NCBI GenBank assembly: GCA_019752815.1
Contig: JAIELQ010000003.1
Location: forward strand, 18,722-82,721
Length of the DNA: 64,000 nucleotides
Source of the DNA: Patescibacteria group bacterium
GTDB taxonomy: Bacteria > Patescibacteriota > Minisyncoccia > Phycocordibacterales > UBA918
Direction of reading: 5' to 3'
Below the pieces are notes generated by a model. The model did not search any database. It saw only the letters and a list, made by a program, of their open reading frames with translations, and had not been told where the DNA came from. Shown here piece by piece: positions 19,598 to 29,096 of this stretch. The number at the start of each line of letters is the position of its first letter. The first letter of the stretch is position 1. The position numbers and the translations under genes were made by a program.

Positions 19598-19966
19598 ATG
19601 GAACATTATAGTCAAGAAAGACGTTCACGATTTGAGTTTGAACCAACAAACGACCCCGAAGAAGCGCGTGAAATTATTGCGGAAATGCTTGAAAAAGGCT
19701 TTAAACCAGTTGTGACCGTACCGAAAGAATACGCTGATTCTCTTCAGAATGGACTGAAAGCTCATGCTACTTGGATACCTAACTTCAACGTGATTGCTGG
19801 CACACTTGGACGTGATGCATACCAAGCAGAAGACCGTATAGTAGTACAAATTGATCAAATACCTCACACTGCGGTGCATCCACGATTTACCGGACCGGAT
19901 AAAACTTTTCAGGGTGTAGTTATTATTGATGGACCAATAACGCCTGAACAAATTTCAATACACTAG
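19598..19966 (+). CDS. Hypothetical protein
   Basis: 122-aa ORF with TATACT 7 nt upstream. Confidence 0.6.
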   Translation: MEHYSQERRSRFEFEPTNDPEEAREIIAEMLEKGFKPVVTVPKEYADSLQNGLKAHATWIPNFNVIAGTLGRDAYQAEDRIVVQIDQIPHTAVHPRFTGPDKTFQGVVIIDGPITPEQISIH

Positions 19967-20057
19967 ATATTTAAGGTCTTTATTTTTTAATCCCAAAACT
20001 ATTTAATTACAAACAAATAACGCTGTTCAATTGAACCTAAGGATATATAATGTATTC

Positions 20058-20747
20058 ATGATATCTAAATGGTCTAATATTAAACCTGAAGCGATTCGGC
20101 TACGTAAATTAGGAAAATCACTTCCCTATATCCATACTAAACTTGGTATTCCAAAATCAACCCTAAGTTATTGGTTAAAAGATGTTAAACTAACAATTGC
20201 ACAAAAAAATAAATTGGAGAATGACTGGAAAAAAGCACTAATAAAAGCAAGGAGTAAAGCAGTAGTTTGGCATAATAAAGCAAAAGCTCATCGAATCAAA
20301 GTATCTGAAAGTGAAGGGCGTTTATTGCTAGATAACATCGACTACAGCAATAAATACATTACCGAACTAGCATTAGCTCTTTTATATTTAGGGGAAGGAA
20401 CAAAAGCTCAGAGCGAAACAGGTATGGGTAGCTCAGACCCTGTTATACTTAAATTTTTCGTTAACTGTCTACGTACAATATACAAAATCCCTGAAGATAA
20501 GATAAAATGTGAACTCCATCTGCGTGCTGACCAAGACCCTGAGAAAATATTGAAATTTTGGTCAAATGAACTAAGAATCTCAAAACAAAACTTTCGTAAA
20601 CCGTATTTAGATAAGCGAACAGCAGGAACCAAAACTTATGATACTTACAAAGGGGTGTGTTTAGTACGGTGTGGTACAGTGGCAATTCAACGAAAATTAG
20701 TATATATTGCTAAGCACTTTTGTACTGAAGTTTCTACAAAAGTTTGA
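20058..20747 (+). CDS. HTH plus LAGLIDADG-like domain protein, tRNA-adjacent
   Basis: N-terminal HTH (LRKLGKSL..I..KLGIPKSTLSYWL); ALLYLGEGTK then SSDPVILKFF; AT-rich; ends 9 nt before tRNA-Val. Confidence 0.7.
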   Translation: MISKWSNIKPEAIRLRKLGKSLPYIHTKLGIPKSTLSYWLKDVKLTIAQKNKLENDWKKALIKARSKAVVWHNKAKAHRIKVSESEGRLLLDNIDYSNKYITELALALLYLGEGTKAQSETGMGSSDPVILKFFVNCLRTIYKIPEDKIKCELHLRADQDPEKILKFWSNELRISKQNFRKPYLDKRTAGTKTYDTYKGVCLVRCGTVAIQRKLVYIAKHFCTEVSTKV

Positions 20748-20756
20748 GTACTAATT

Positions 20757-20828
20757 GCGCGTTTAGCTCAGTGGTAGAGCGTTTCATTGACATTGAAAAG
20801 GCCGACAGTTCGATCCTGTCATCGCGCA
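20757..20828 (+). tRNA. tRNA-Val(GAC)
   Basis: TTTCA-TTGACAT-TGAAA anticodon arm, TAGCTCAGTGGTAGAGC D-arm, GTTCGATCC. Confidence 0.93.
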
Positions 20829-20864
20829 CAAAAAAAGTCGGGCTCGAAAGCCCGACCACACTTA

Positions 20865-22112
20865 TTACTTAAACACCGTAATACGCAATACATCTTCTGA
20901 CCGATTGAGAAAACGAGCAATCTGCTCTACATCCTCAATGGTTACCTCTTCACACGCTGACATTTCTTGCCGAAGCGTCACAATCCTGCCAAACATTGCC
21001 AAATCATACGCAGCAGCATCTGTGATCTTTTGTAACGTACTATCACGTGTCAGAAAGCTAGCTACTCGTTTTCGCTTGATTCCTTCAAACAAAAGTTTAT
21101 CTGTGGAAAACGAATGGAATATTTCTGTAACCACCATCCTCACCTCATCAACTTTTGCTGCAGGAATATTACTCACGCTAACAAACAAGTCATGGAACGG
21201 ACCACGGGCGTAAGAGCCCGCACCCATTCCATACGCCAATCCTCTTTTTTCACGAACTTCCGTATACAACAGTTCCGTAATCATCTCAGCTGCCACCTCC
21301 GCAGCTTCAAACGAAACGTCACCCGGTAAAAGAGCCTTGAAATCAAGACTTACTTGCCCCATACCCACACCTTGTACCAACGAGAATTCTAAATCATTCT
21401 CTCGCAATTTTGGGAATGAACTTCTGACTTGAGGTAACGGATTACGTACACCGTTCATTTTTTCACTGGCAACCGTCGCTTCAAGTTTGGCAAGCACCAC
21501 GTCAGGCGCCAATCCTCCAACACACAGCACTGACAAATTGTTAGTGGTGTAATAGAAATCATAAAAGTGTTGGATAGTTTCTGGTCTGATATCTTTGAGA
21601 CTTTCGAGTGTCCCAGCAGCTGATGGGGCTTTCGACCATGGCAAACCCCGATAGTGAATTGATGGCACCTTGTTAGCCATTTTCATCATCTCAACATTTG
21701 GGTGGCGTTTCTTGATTTCACTGTTAATTATTTCCATCTCACGATCAAAATAATTTTCTAGCGACTTTCCCAAACTAGCCTTAGCCCAGAATACCAAACC
21801 TTGGTCAAATTCTGGGCCGGTTGTTGGAGTCATAAAACTGTACCGAGTAGACTCGAAGCCAGTAAAGGCGTCGAACATTCCACCCACCTCACCAAAGAAA
21901 CGTTTCATTTCCATCAGGGTCATCCCACTATTGGCACACACCATATGCTCAAGGAAGTGAGCTGTCCCAGCGGGGTATTCTTGTTCGTCGCGCATACCAG
22001 CGTGAAAAACAAATTCTGCCCAAGCAAATGAACGTTCTGGCAGGTAAAGGATATACACCGGCACACCATTTGAAAGTGCGTGTACAGTGAAGTCAGCATA
22101 GGGGTCATACAT
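20865..22112 (-). CDS. M16-family zinc peptidase
   Basis: GTAHFLEHM inverted zinc motif; EVREKRGLAY. Confidence 0.9.
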   Translation of the reverse strand: MYDPYADFTVHALSNGVPVYILYLPERSFAWAEFVFHAGMRDEQEYPAGTAHFLEHMVCANSGMTLMEMKRFFGEVGGMFDAFTGFESTRYSFMTPTTGPEFDQGLVFWAKASLGKSLENYFDREMEIINSEIKKRHPNVEMMKMANKVPSIHYRGLPWSKAPSAAGTLESLKDIRPETIQHFYDFYYTTNNLSVLCVGGLAPDVVLAKLEATVASEKMNGVRNPLPQVRSSFPKLRENDLEFSLVQGVGMGQVSLDFKALLPGDVSFEAAEVAAEMITELLYTEVREKRGLAYGMGAGSYARGPFHDLFVSVSNIPAAKVDEVRMVVTEIFHSFSTDKLLFEGIKRKRVASFLTRDSTLQKITDAAAYDLAMFGRIVTLRQEMSACEEVTIEDVEQIARFLNRSEDVLRITVFK

Positions 22113-22192
22113 GACAAGGATCTTTCTTGATTTGAGGTTTCTATTCTAAGCTGGAAAATAACACAGAAAAATCTATTTGTACAGACGTAATC

Positions 22193-23074
22193 TTATTGCC
22201 CCACCACCCTCTGCGCCGCCTTCATCACCCCCTCTTTACTGCCCGCGACAAAAATAAAACCGGCTTTATGACAAAATATAGCGTCACTCACTCCTGAAAC
22301 TCCGGCTAGTTCTGCACCACGTAATCCACGCCACTCTTCTGGAAAGTTTACTCTTGCCTCAAAACTGCCGCATTCTTTGCGCACTGTCGTAGCTGTCCAA
22401 TTATCATTTGCAGTTGGGTCATCAGGACACACAACGAGCAAAACCTCAGGATACTCAATAAACGCTATTGACGACACCCCCACTTCAAACACTAAGACTC
22501 GTTTGTCAGCTGTATTTTGGTAAGTATCAGCAATAATCGCTTTCATGCTTTGATCGGCTTGTTTGTGCACGATTGTTCGACGTAACAATTCACGCGCAAA
22601 ATCAACTGCCTGAGAAAATGCTTCGTCTTTATTTTTATCACTACCCCACTCCGGCAAAAAAGAGCGGGTTACTTGATACAACTCGTATGGTGCAATGTCA
22701 GAATTATTAAGCGTATACAGATTTACCCCGGAATCGCCTGCGTCAACAGGCATTACTAGCATTCGCTCAATTTCATCAGCTACTTCTTTACTTCCCGCCA
22801 CCTGTTCACCATATTCGCGCCATACCAATCCAAACGCAGCATACGGGATACCATTGTCACGTACCGGACCACCGTTTTGGTGATGATCAAATCGTTTAGT
22901 AGTCGCGTCATAAACACCACCAACATCAACGACAATATCAGCAGTCGCTAACACAGCTTCGTCTCGAGTACGAATAACTTCAACATTATCGACACCGTGG
23001 AGTAATTGCAATGTAGCCACTGCAAACACATCATCGGTATGAAATCCTCCACTATGCGTAACAATTTTTATCAT
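22193..23074 (-). CDS. MYG1-family exonuclease
   Basis: THSGGFHTDDV, DVGG, FDHHQ, AFGLVW, FCHKAGF. Confidence 0.9.
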   Translation of the reverse strand: MIKIVTHSGGFHTDDVFAVATLQLLHGVDNVEVIRTRDEAVLATADIVVDVGGVYDATTKRFDHHQNGGPVRDNGIPYAAFGLVWREYGEQVAGSKEVADEIERMLVMPVDAGDSGVNLYTLNNSDIAPYELYQVTRSFLPEWGSDKNKDEAFSQAVDFARELLRRTIVHKQADQSMKAIIADTYQNTADKRVLVFEVGVSSIAFIEYPEVLLVVCPDDPTANDNWTATTVRKECGSFEARVNFPEEWRGLRGAELAGVSGVSDAIFCHKAGFIFVAGSKEGVMKAAQRVVGQ

Positions 23075-23146
23075 GAAAATTATTTTATTAGCCATTATAT
23101 GACAAAACTCGCATCATTGCTTATTTTTTAGTATAGTTGCCCAATC

Positions 23147-24319
23147 ATGCGCATCCTATCTATTGAAACCTCCTGTGACGAAACAGCCATTAGTCTGGTG
23201 CAGACAGATGGTGAATTTCCGAGTGCCACCTATGAAATCCTCGGAAATGCCCTGCATTCCCAAATTGACATCCATGCAGAATTTGGAGGGGTGTTCCCGC
23301 AGGTAGCTAAACGTGAACATGCACTTGCGTTGGTGCCAATACTTATCAGTGCCCTATCCCAGGCAGAACTGTTAGAAGAAGTACCGACCAACCTCGACGA
23401 AGCTTCAATTGAACAACTAAAACAAACTCTGGAACGTGAGGACGGTTTAGCTTCATTTTTGCTAGATTTCCTCGCCAAATATTCATTGCCAGAAATTGAC
23501 ATGATTGCGGTCACCTCGGGACCGGGACTCGAGCCCGCACTGTGGGTTGGCATTAGTTTCGCCAAGGCCGTCGCGCAAGTTATCGGTTGTCCCGTGGCAC
23601 CAGTCAACCACATGGAGGGACATGTGCTCGCCTCACTCTATGATGTTGAAATTGATAATGCGCTGGCACCAATTAAGTTTCCAGCAATTGCTCTCTTAGT
23701 TTCTGGTGGGCATACGGAAATTGTACTGATGAAGGATTGGGGCGTCTACGAAAAAATTGGACAGACTCGTGATGACGCTGTCGGTGAAGCATTTGATAAA
23801 GTTGCTCGGTTAATGGGACTACCTTACCCGGGCGGGCCGGAGATTGGTAGGCGCGCAGATATTGCCCGCAAAGCTAACGCGCTACCATACAAAGAGGTCC
23901 TGCCTCGTCCGATGCTTCACAGTAATGATTTTGATTTTTCGTTTTCCGGACTCAAGACGGCAGTTCGCTATAGTATCGATGGCGCTACCTTAACCAACGA
24001 TGAAAAAAATGCCTTAGCCCGTGATTTTGAGGATGCGGCTATCGAGGTGTTGCTCAAAAAAACGCAAAAAGCCATCGACCACTACGATGCCCAAACCCTC
24101 ATTATTGGTGGCGGTGTGAGTGCCAATAATTATCTGCGACAAACATTCACCGAATCACTTCTTGGTTCACACCCCCACGTTGAAATCTACCTGCCACACC
24201 GCAATCTCTCGACCGACAACAGTGTGATGATTGCCCTCGCCGGCCATGCCCAACTCGCCACCGCCCGTTCAGCCGGAGCCATTCAATTTATTTCAGCCTC
24301 AGGAAACCGATCGTTGTAA
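23147..24319 (+). CDS. tsaD: tRNA N6-adenosine threonylcarbamoyltransferase
   Basis: IETSCDETA, GPGL, NHMEGH, SGGHT, DDAVGEAFDK, TDNSVMIA. Confidence 0.96.
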   Translation: MRILSIETSCDETAISLVQTDGEFPSATYEILGNALHSQIDIHAEFGGVFPQVAKREHALALVPILISALSQAELLEEVPTNLDEASIEQLKQTLEREDGLASFLLDFLAKYSLPEIDMIAVTSGPGLEPALWVGISFAKAVAQVIGCPVAPVNHMEGHVLASLYDVEIDNALAPIKFPAIALLVSGGHTEIVLMKDWGVYEKIGQTRDDAVGEAFDKVARLMGLPYPGGPEIGRRADIARKANALPYKEVLPRPMLHSNDFDFSFSGLKTAVRYSIDGATLTNDEKNALARDFEDAAIEVLLKKTQKAIDHYDAQTLIIGGGVSANNYLRQTFTESLLGSHPHVEIYLPHRNLSTDNSVMIALAGHAQLATARSAGAIQFISASGNRSL

Positions 24320-24332
24320 CAGACTCGCACTC

Positions 24333-24503
24333 TTCACATTTATTTACGCACATGATAGATTTAAAACACATGCACAACGCACACACAATTTCATATTTCT
24401 TTTTCTGGTTTAGTCCGCGGGAACGTGGAAGTGTGTTGTAGTATCTAGATTAGACTAACAAAAAACCACTTCAGTTCCCGCGGACTGCAGTGGTTTTTGT
24501 TTG
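24333..24503 (+). promoter_or_regulatory. Leader-peptide transcription attenuator (aromatic amino acids)
   Basis: TTCACA-17-TAGATT promoter; antiterminator arm AGTCCGCGGGAAC (24412-24424) is complementary to 24474-24486 inside the terminator at 24461-24503. Confidence 0.75.
24370..24441 (+). CDS. Leader peptide MHNAHTISYFFFWFSPRERGSVL
   Basis: 23-aa ORF with six consecutive aromatic codons just before the antiterminator arm. Confidence 0.7.
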   Translation: MHNAHTISYFFFWFSPRERGSVL

Positions 24504-24579
24504 TCGAGCCAGAGATTGATATTGATATCAACCCCTTGCTCAGCACGCAATGAGGCGCGCTGTAAAAAGGGAGACACCG

Positions 24580-24744
24580 ATGTGTACTTTTGTTCCTAAT
24601 GGAAACAAGCCAATCAAACCAGAGGTTGAGGAAAAAACTATAGAACCTCAGCCCGAACAGTCGTTGGCAAATAACAAACAAGGTTTGAATCCATTTCCTG
24701 GCTGGAGAAGTTCTGACGATGACAAATTCATTGTTGACCTCTAG
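24580..24744 (+). CDS. Small hypothetical protein (54 aa) downstream of the attenuator
   Basis: SD-like AAGGGAG; terminator AAGCCCGCGC-AT-GCGCGGGCTTTTT follows. Confidence 0.5.
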   Translation: MCTFVPNGNKPIKPEVEEKTIEPQPEQSLANNKQGLNPFPGWRSSDDDKFIVDL

Positions 24745-24849
24745 ACAACTTCAAGCCCGCGCATGCGCGGGCTTTTTACTGGTAGAACAAAAACAATTGA
24801 ATAATATAATGGAAGGTGTAGTATAAAAATAGGCAAACAGGAGGTAGTC

Positions 24850-25053
24850 ATGCCGAAAAAACTTGAAGTCAATATCGATGCTAATCTTTGGCACGAAATG
24901 GAGCGAGATACCGAGATCACGATGGAAGGCCTGGTGCGTCGTGGACTATCGGTTCTAAAGGCTTATCGTGAAGCAAAGAGGGACGGCCTGAACCATCTGG
25001 GTTTTGTTGCCGATCCGACTAAGCTGGACCGAGAAATCACCAATGTTTTGTGA
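24850..25053 (+). CDS. Small ribbon-helix-helix-like protein
   Basis: SD GGAGGT; KLEVNID beta strand then helices ending LVRRGL. Confidence 0.55.
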   Translation: MPKKLEVNIDANLWHEMERDTEITMEGLVRRGLSVLKAYREAKRDGLNHLGFVADPTKLDREITNVL

Positions 25054-25145
25054 CATTAGTGCACACACAATAAAGGGGTCGCCAATTTTGAATTGGCGGC
25101 TTTTTTCTTTTCGAGCCTTGTTTTTCGTGCTACTCTAGAAACACT

Positions 25146-27323
25146 ATGAGCGAACAAAACAACCAACAAACCCCTACTATCCCTGAAATTTTCCTCAAAC
25201 CGTACAATTCAGGCGATCACGAGGCAGGGATATACAAAATGTGGGAAGAATCAGGGTTTTTTAACCCCGATGTATGTATTGAAAAAGGCGTGGCCAAACC
25301 AGATGCTCCAACGTTTTCAATTATTCTTCCCCCACCAAACGCCAACGGTCGACTCCATGCTGGACACGGCACAGACATGACACTCAAAGACATCATGGGG
25401 CGATTTCACCGTATGCGCGGAGAGCGCACATTATTGTTGCCTGGTTCTGACCACGCTGGTTTTGAGACGCAAGGAGTGTATGAAAAGAAACTTCAAAAAG
25501 AAGGTCGTTCACGTTTTGGCATGGAGCGTAGTCAGCTGTACCAAGAAATCTACGACTTTGTGATGGAAAACAAAGGAACGATGGAAAATGATATCCGTGC
25601 ATTGGGTGTTTCGTGTGATTGGTCACGCAACACCTTTACCCTGGAGCCTGGTGTTGTTGAGCGGGTACAAAAAACATTTATCAAAATGTTCAACGAAGGA
25701 TTTATTTACCGTGGTAAACGATGTATTCACTGGAACCCTAAATTTAAAACATCACTCTCTGATATTGAGACCATGTTTGAAGACCGCACTGAAAAATTCT
25801 ACTACTTCCACTACGGTCCGTTTGTGATTGGAACTGCCCGCCCTGAAACTAAATTCTCAGACAAATACATTGTGGTGCACCCTGATGATCCGCGGTACGC
25901 ACAATATAGCCACCTACAGGAATTTGAAGTGGAATGGATTAACGGACCAATTAAGGCTACGCTTCTCAAAGATGAAGCGGCTGATATCGAAAAAGGTACC
26001 GGCGCAATGACCATTACCCCATGGCACAGTCAGGTCGACTTTGATTTGGCGCAAAAATATAATTTGCCCCTTGAGCAAATTATTGATTGGGACGGCAAAC
26101 TATTACCCATTGCGGGCGAATTTGCCGGCATGAAAATAGAAGAAGCTCGCCCACTGATTGTTGAGAAACTACAAGCAAAAGGTTTAGTATCAAGTATTGA
26201 TGAAAAATACACTCATGCTGTTCGATTATGTGAACGAACCGGCGTAGTAGTAGAACCACAAGTTAAAGAACAGTGGTTTGTAAAAATGGAAAAGCTGGCA
26301 AAAATGACCCTCGACGCACTGGATGCTGGTGAATTCAAAATCCTGACGGAGCGTCACGAAAAGATTTTCCGACATTGGATGAGTAACCCCCAAGATTGGA
26401 ACATCTCCCGACAAATCGTGTGGGGCATCCAGGTACCAGCATGGTTTAGAACACACAATAACGAAATTGAAGTTACCGCGAGTATTGAACGGCCCGAAGG
26501 TGACAACTGGGAACAAGACCCTGACACATTTGATACCTGGTTTAGTAGTGGACAATGGCCACTAGTAACACTTAAATACCCTGAGGGTAAAGATTTTGTT
26601 GACTACTACCCTACCTCAGTCATGGAAACAGGAGCTGACCTAGTATTTAAATGGGTACCACGCATGCTTATGTTTGGGCTGTACCAAACTGGAAAAGTAC
26701 CATTTAAAGATGTGTACTTCCACGGCATGGTACTGGATAAACACGGCAAAAAAATGAGTAAGAGTAAAGGGAACGTTCTATCGCCAATTGATTTAGGTTT
26801 GGAATTTGGAACTGACGCTACACGGATGGCATTTGTTGTTGGTAATCCACCAGGAGCTGACATGCCTCTATCCGAAGACAAAGTGCGTGCCTACAAAAAG
26901 TTTTCAAACAAATTATGGAATATCACTCGGTTTATCTTGACCGAAACGGCAGATTTTGATCACACTAAAGATCCTGTATATAGTGAACGAGACAATGAAA
27001 TCCGTGCCAACCTGCACGCTGCAAGCGCAAAAATCACCAGCAACATTCTTGGCTTCAAAATGTATCTAGCCGCCGAAGATGTCTATCATTACATTTGGAG
27101 CGAGTTAGCTGACGTTATTATCGAGGAATCAAAAGCCATTTTACAAGGCAGTAACGCAAAGGCAAAACACGCGCGTCAGGCAGTACTTCGTGAATGTTTG
27201 ACGACTTCAGTAAAACTTATGCATCCATTTATGCCATTTGTTACCGAGACTGTTTGGCAGCAACTACCAAAAGAAATGAAGGATGCGGACATATTGATGG
27301 TAGCCAAGTGGCCTATACACTAG
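25146..27323 (+). CDS. valS: Valine--tRNA ligase (short form)
   Basis: PPPNANG.LHAGH, DHAG, WNISRQIVWG, DTWFSS, KMSKSKGN, HPFMPFVTE. Confidence 0.95.
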   Translation: MSEQNNQQTPTIPEIFLKPYNSGDHEAGIYKMWEESGFFNPDVCIEKGVAKPDAPTFSIILPPPNANGRLHAGHGTDMTLKDIMGRFHRMRGERTLLLPGSDHAGFETQGVYEKKLQKEGRSRFGMERSQLYQEIYDFVMENKGTMENDIRALGVSCDWSRNTFTLEPGVVERVQKTFIKMFNEGFIYRGKRCIHWNPKFKTSLSDIETMFEDRTEKFYYFHYGPFVIGTARPETKFSDKYIVVHPDDPRYAQYSHLQEFEVEWINGPIKATLLKDEAADIEKGTGAMTITPWHSQVDFDLAQKYNLPLEQIIDWDGKLLPIAGEFAGMKIEEARPLIVEKLQAKGLVSSIDEKYTHAVRLCERTGVVVEPQVKEQWFVKMEKLAKMTLDALDAGEFKILTERHEKIFRHWMSNPQDWNISRQIVWGIQVPAWFRTHNNEIEVTASIERPEGDNWEQDPDTFDTWFSSGQWPLVTLKYPEGKDFVDYYPTSVMETGADLVFKWVPRMLMFGLYQTGKVPFKDVYFHGMVLDKHGKKMSKSKGNVLSPIDLGLEFGTDATRMAFVVGNPPGADMPLSEDKVRAYKKFSNKLWNITRFILTETADFDHTKDPVYSERDNEIRANLHAASAKITSNILGFKMYLAAEDVYHYIWSELADVIIEESKAILQGSNAKAKHARQAVLRECLTTSVKLMHPFMPFVTETVWQQLPKEMKDADILMVAKWPIH

Positions 27324-27398
27324 AAACGAGACTCTCCCCACAAAGCCCCATAAGAACCATCGGTTCTTATGGGGCTTTGTTACAATATAATCATCTTT

Positions 27399-28088
27399 AT
27401 GAGTGAAGTTCATTTCGCTATTGCCTTTTTATGCGGACTTATACCCGCGCTTTTTTGGTTATGGTTTTGGTTGCGTGAAGATAAAGCCAAACCTGAACCA
27501 CTATTACTCATTGCGATTACTTTTATTGCGGGCATGGCCGTGGTACCGCTCGCACTTCCCCTACAAAAATACGCGATTGACCTCTACAGTGGTCGAGATT
27601 TAGTGTTGATTTGGGTTATTATTGAAGAAGTACTGAAATACGCGGTAGCGCTGGTAATTATTCTTTGGAACAAAGCAGTGGATGAGCCGATTGATACTGT
27701 GATCTACATGGTTACTTTAGCGCTTGGGTTTGCGGCACTGGAAAACGCCCTCTTCGTACTTAATCCACTCATTGCTGGTGACTATCTTAACTCAGCGCTC
27801 ACCGGCTCGTTTAGATTTTTAGGAGCAACACTACTACATGTACTTGCCTCGGGCACCGTTGGGGTCTTCCTCGCCTTCACGTTTTATAAGAGCACGAGCA
27901 TCAAATTATTATCAGGAACGCTTGGGTTATGCCTGGCTATCGTATTGCATGCTCTCTTTAACTTTTTTATAATGGATGCAAGTGGAGAAACAATCCTCGG
28001 GGTGTTTCTCTTCGTCTGGTTTGGGATAATTGTCTTGTTCCTGCTATTTGAAAAAATTAAACAGATTGAAAAGCGACGCAGCCTTTAA
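27399..28088 (+). CDS. PrsW-family intramembrane metalloprotease
   Basis: IEEVLKY, GFAALEN, H...HALFN; multiple TM helices. Confidence 0.9.
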   Translation: MSEVHFAIAFLCGLIPALFWLWFWLREDKAKPEPLLLIAITFIAGMAVVPLALPLQKYAIDLYSGRDLVLIWVIIEEVLKYAVALVIILWNKAVDEPIDTVIYMVTLALGFAALENALFVLNPLIAGDYLNSALTGSFRFLGATLLHVLASGTVGVFLAFTFYKSTSIKLLSGTLGLCLAIVLHALFNFFIMDASGETILGVFLFVWFGIIVLFLLFEKIKQIEKRRSL

Positions 28089-28096
28089 ATTATATT

Positions 28097-28609
28097 ATGA
28101 AAAAACCATCATTCCTTGAACGACTCACCGGAGCACAAAGTGCAAACGACTATGATCGTATTTTGGATGACGAACATGAATTTGGTTCTGACGACCGAAA
28201 ACAAGATACCTACCACGACGATGACGAGTCCTGGCAAGATGATGCCCATGACCCTGGCGTACCACAAGAAGGAGAACTGCCCGTTGATATGTATCAAACC
28301 AGTGATGCGATTGTGATTCGCGCACTCGTTGCAGGTGTAAGTCCAAATGATCTTGATATCGCTATTACCCGCGATATGGTGACCATCAAGGGAATGCGCG
28401 AGGAATACCAAGAATCATCAGATGACGATTACTTCCACCGCGAACTATTTTGGGGCTCATTTTCTCGCACCCTGGTACTACCAGAAGAAGTAGTAATTGA
28501 CGAAGCAGACGCCCAAGAGAAACATGGAATGTTGGAGATTCGTTTGCCAAAGCTCGATAAGAATAGAAGTACGCAGTTGCGAGTAAAGTCACAAGTGCAC
28601 AAGGCGTAA
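28097..28609 (+). CDS. Hsp20/alpha-crystallin small heat shock protein
   Basis: PVDMYQT, ELFWGSFSRTLVLP, GMLEIRLPK. Confidence 0.93.
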   Translation: MKKPSFLERLTGAQSANDYDRILDDEHEFGSDDRKQDTYHDDDESWQDDAHDPGVPQEGELPVDMYQTSDAIVIRALVAGVSPNDLDIAITRDMVTIKGMREEYQESSDDDYFHRELFWGSFSRTLVLPEEVVIDEADAQEKHGMLEIRLPKLDKNRSTQLRVKSQVHKA

Positions 28610-28734
28610 ATTTTCCTAAACAGCAGTCATCTACTTTGTTAGACTTCAATAAAATATTATTCACCGTACATTGGGTACGGCTCACAATATTTTTTTCGTC
28701 TGCCGCACATCTGACTACTTTTAAGAAAAATTAC
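28606..28734 (+). repeat. ERIC-like palindromic element, copy 2
   Basis: Arms GTAAATTTTCCTAAA / TTTAAGAAAAATTAC include the hsp20 stop; core TCACCGTAC-ATTGG-GTACGGCTC. Confidence 0.8.
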
Positions 28735-28782
28735 ATTATAGAGAAAAGGCGGTTCCTATCGGAACCGCCTTTTGAGATATCA

Positions 28783-29052
28783 TCACCAACCATCTTTACC
28801 AGCTTCGTATTCACGCAACACTTTATCAGCCTGATCAGCTGGTAGGGGCACAAAGACTTTTTTGCAGCCGAGCGCCTCATCGTGGTACGCAATCGAAAGA
28901 CCAGTTACGGTTGGACTCGTAGTACAGGGCAAGAACCAGTGTTTGGCCGCCCAAGCCCGGACCACCTTGCGCACATCTGTCCAAGCTGTTTCTCCCGAGA
29001 CAGCTTTTTCAAGCTCAGCCAACACTGCATCTTCAACCAAAGAACCGTCCAT
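28783..29052 (-). CDS. Small hypothetical protein downstream of putative attenuator 2
   Basis: SD AAGGAG before ATG 29052; terminator at about 28744-28773. Confidence 0.55.
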   Translation of the reverse strand: MDGSLVEDAVLAELEKAVSGETAWTDVRKVVRAWAAKHWFLPCTTSPTVTGLSIAYHDEALGCKKVFVPLPADQADKVLREYEAGKDGW

Positions 29053-29096
29053 CGTTTCATCTCCTTTATTTGAACAAAAGGTTACCATAACCTTCC

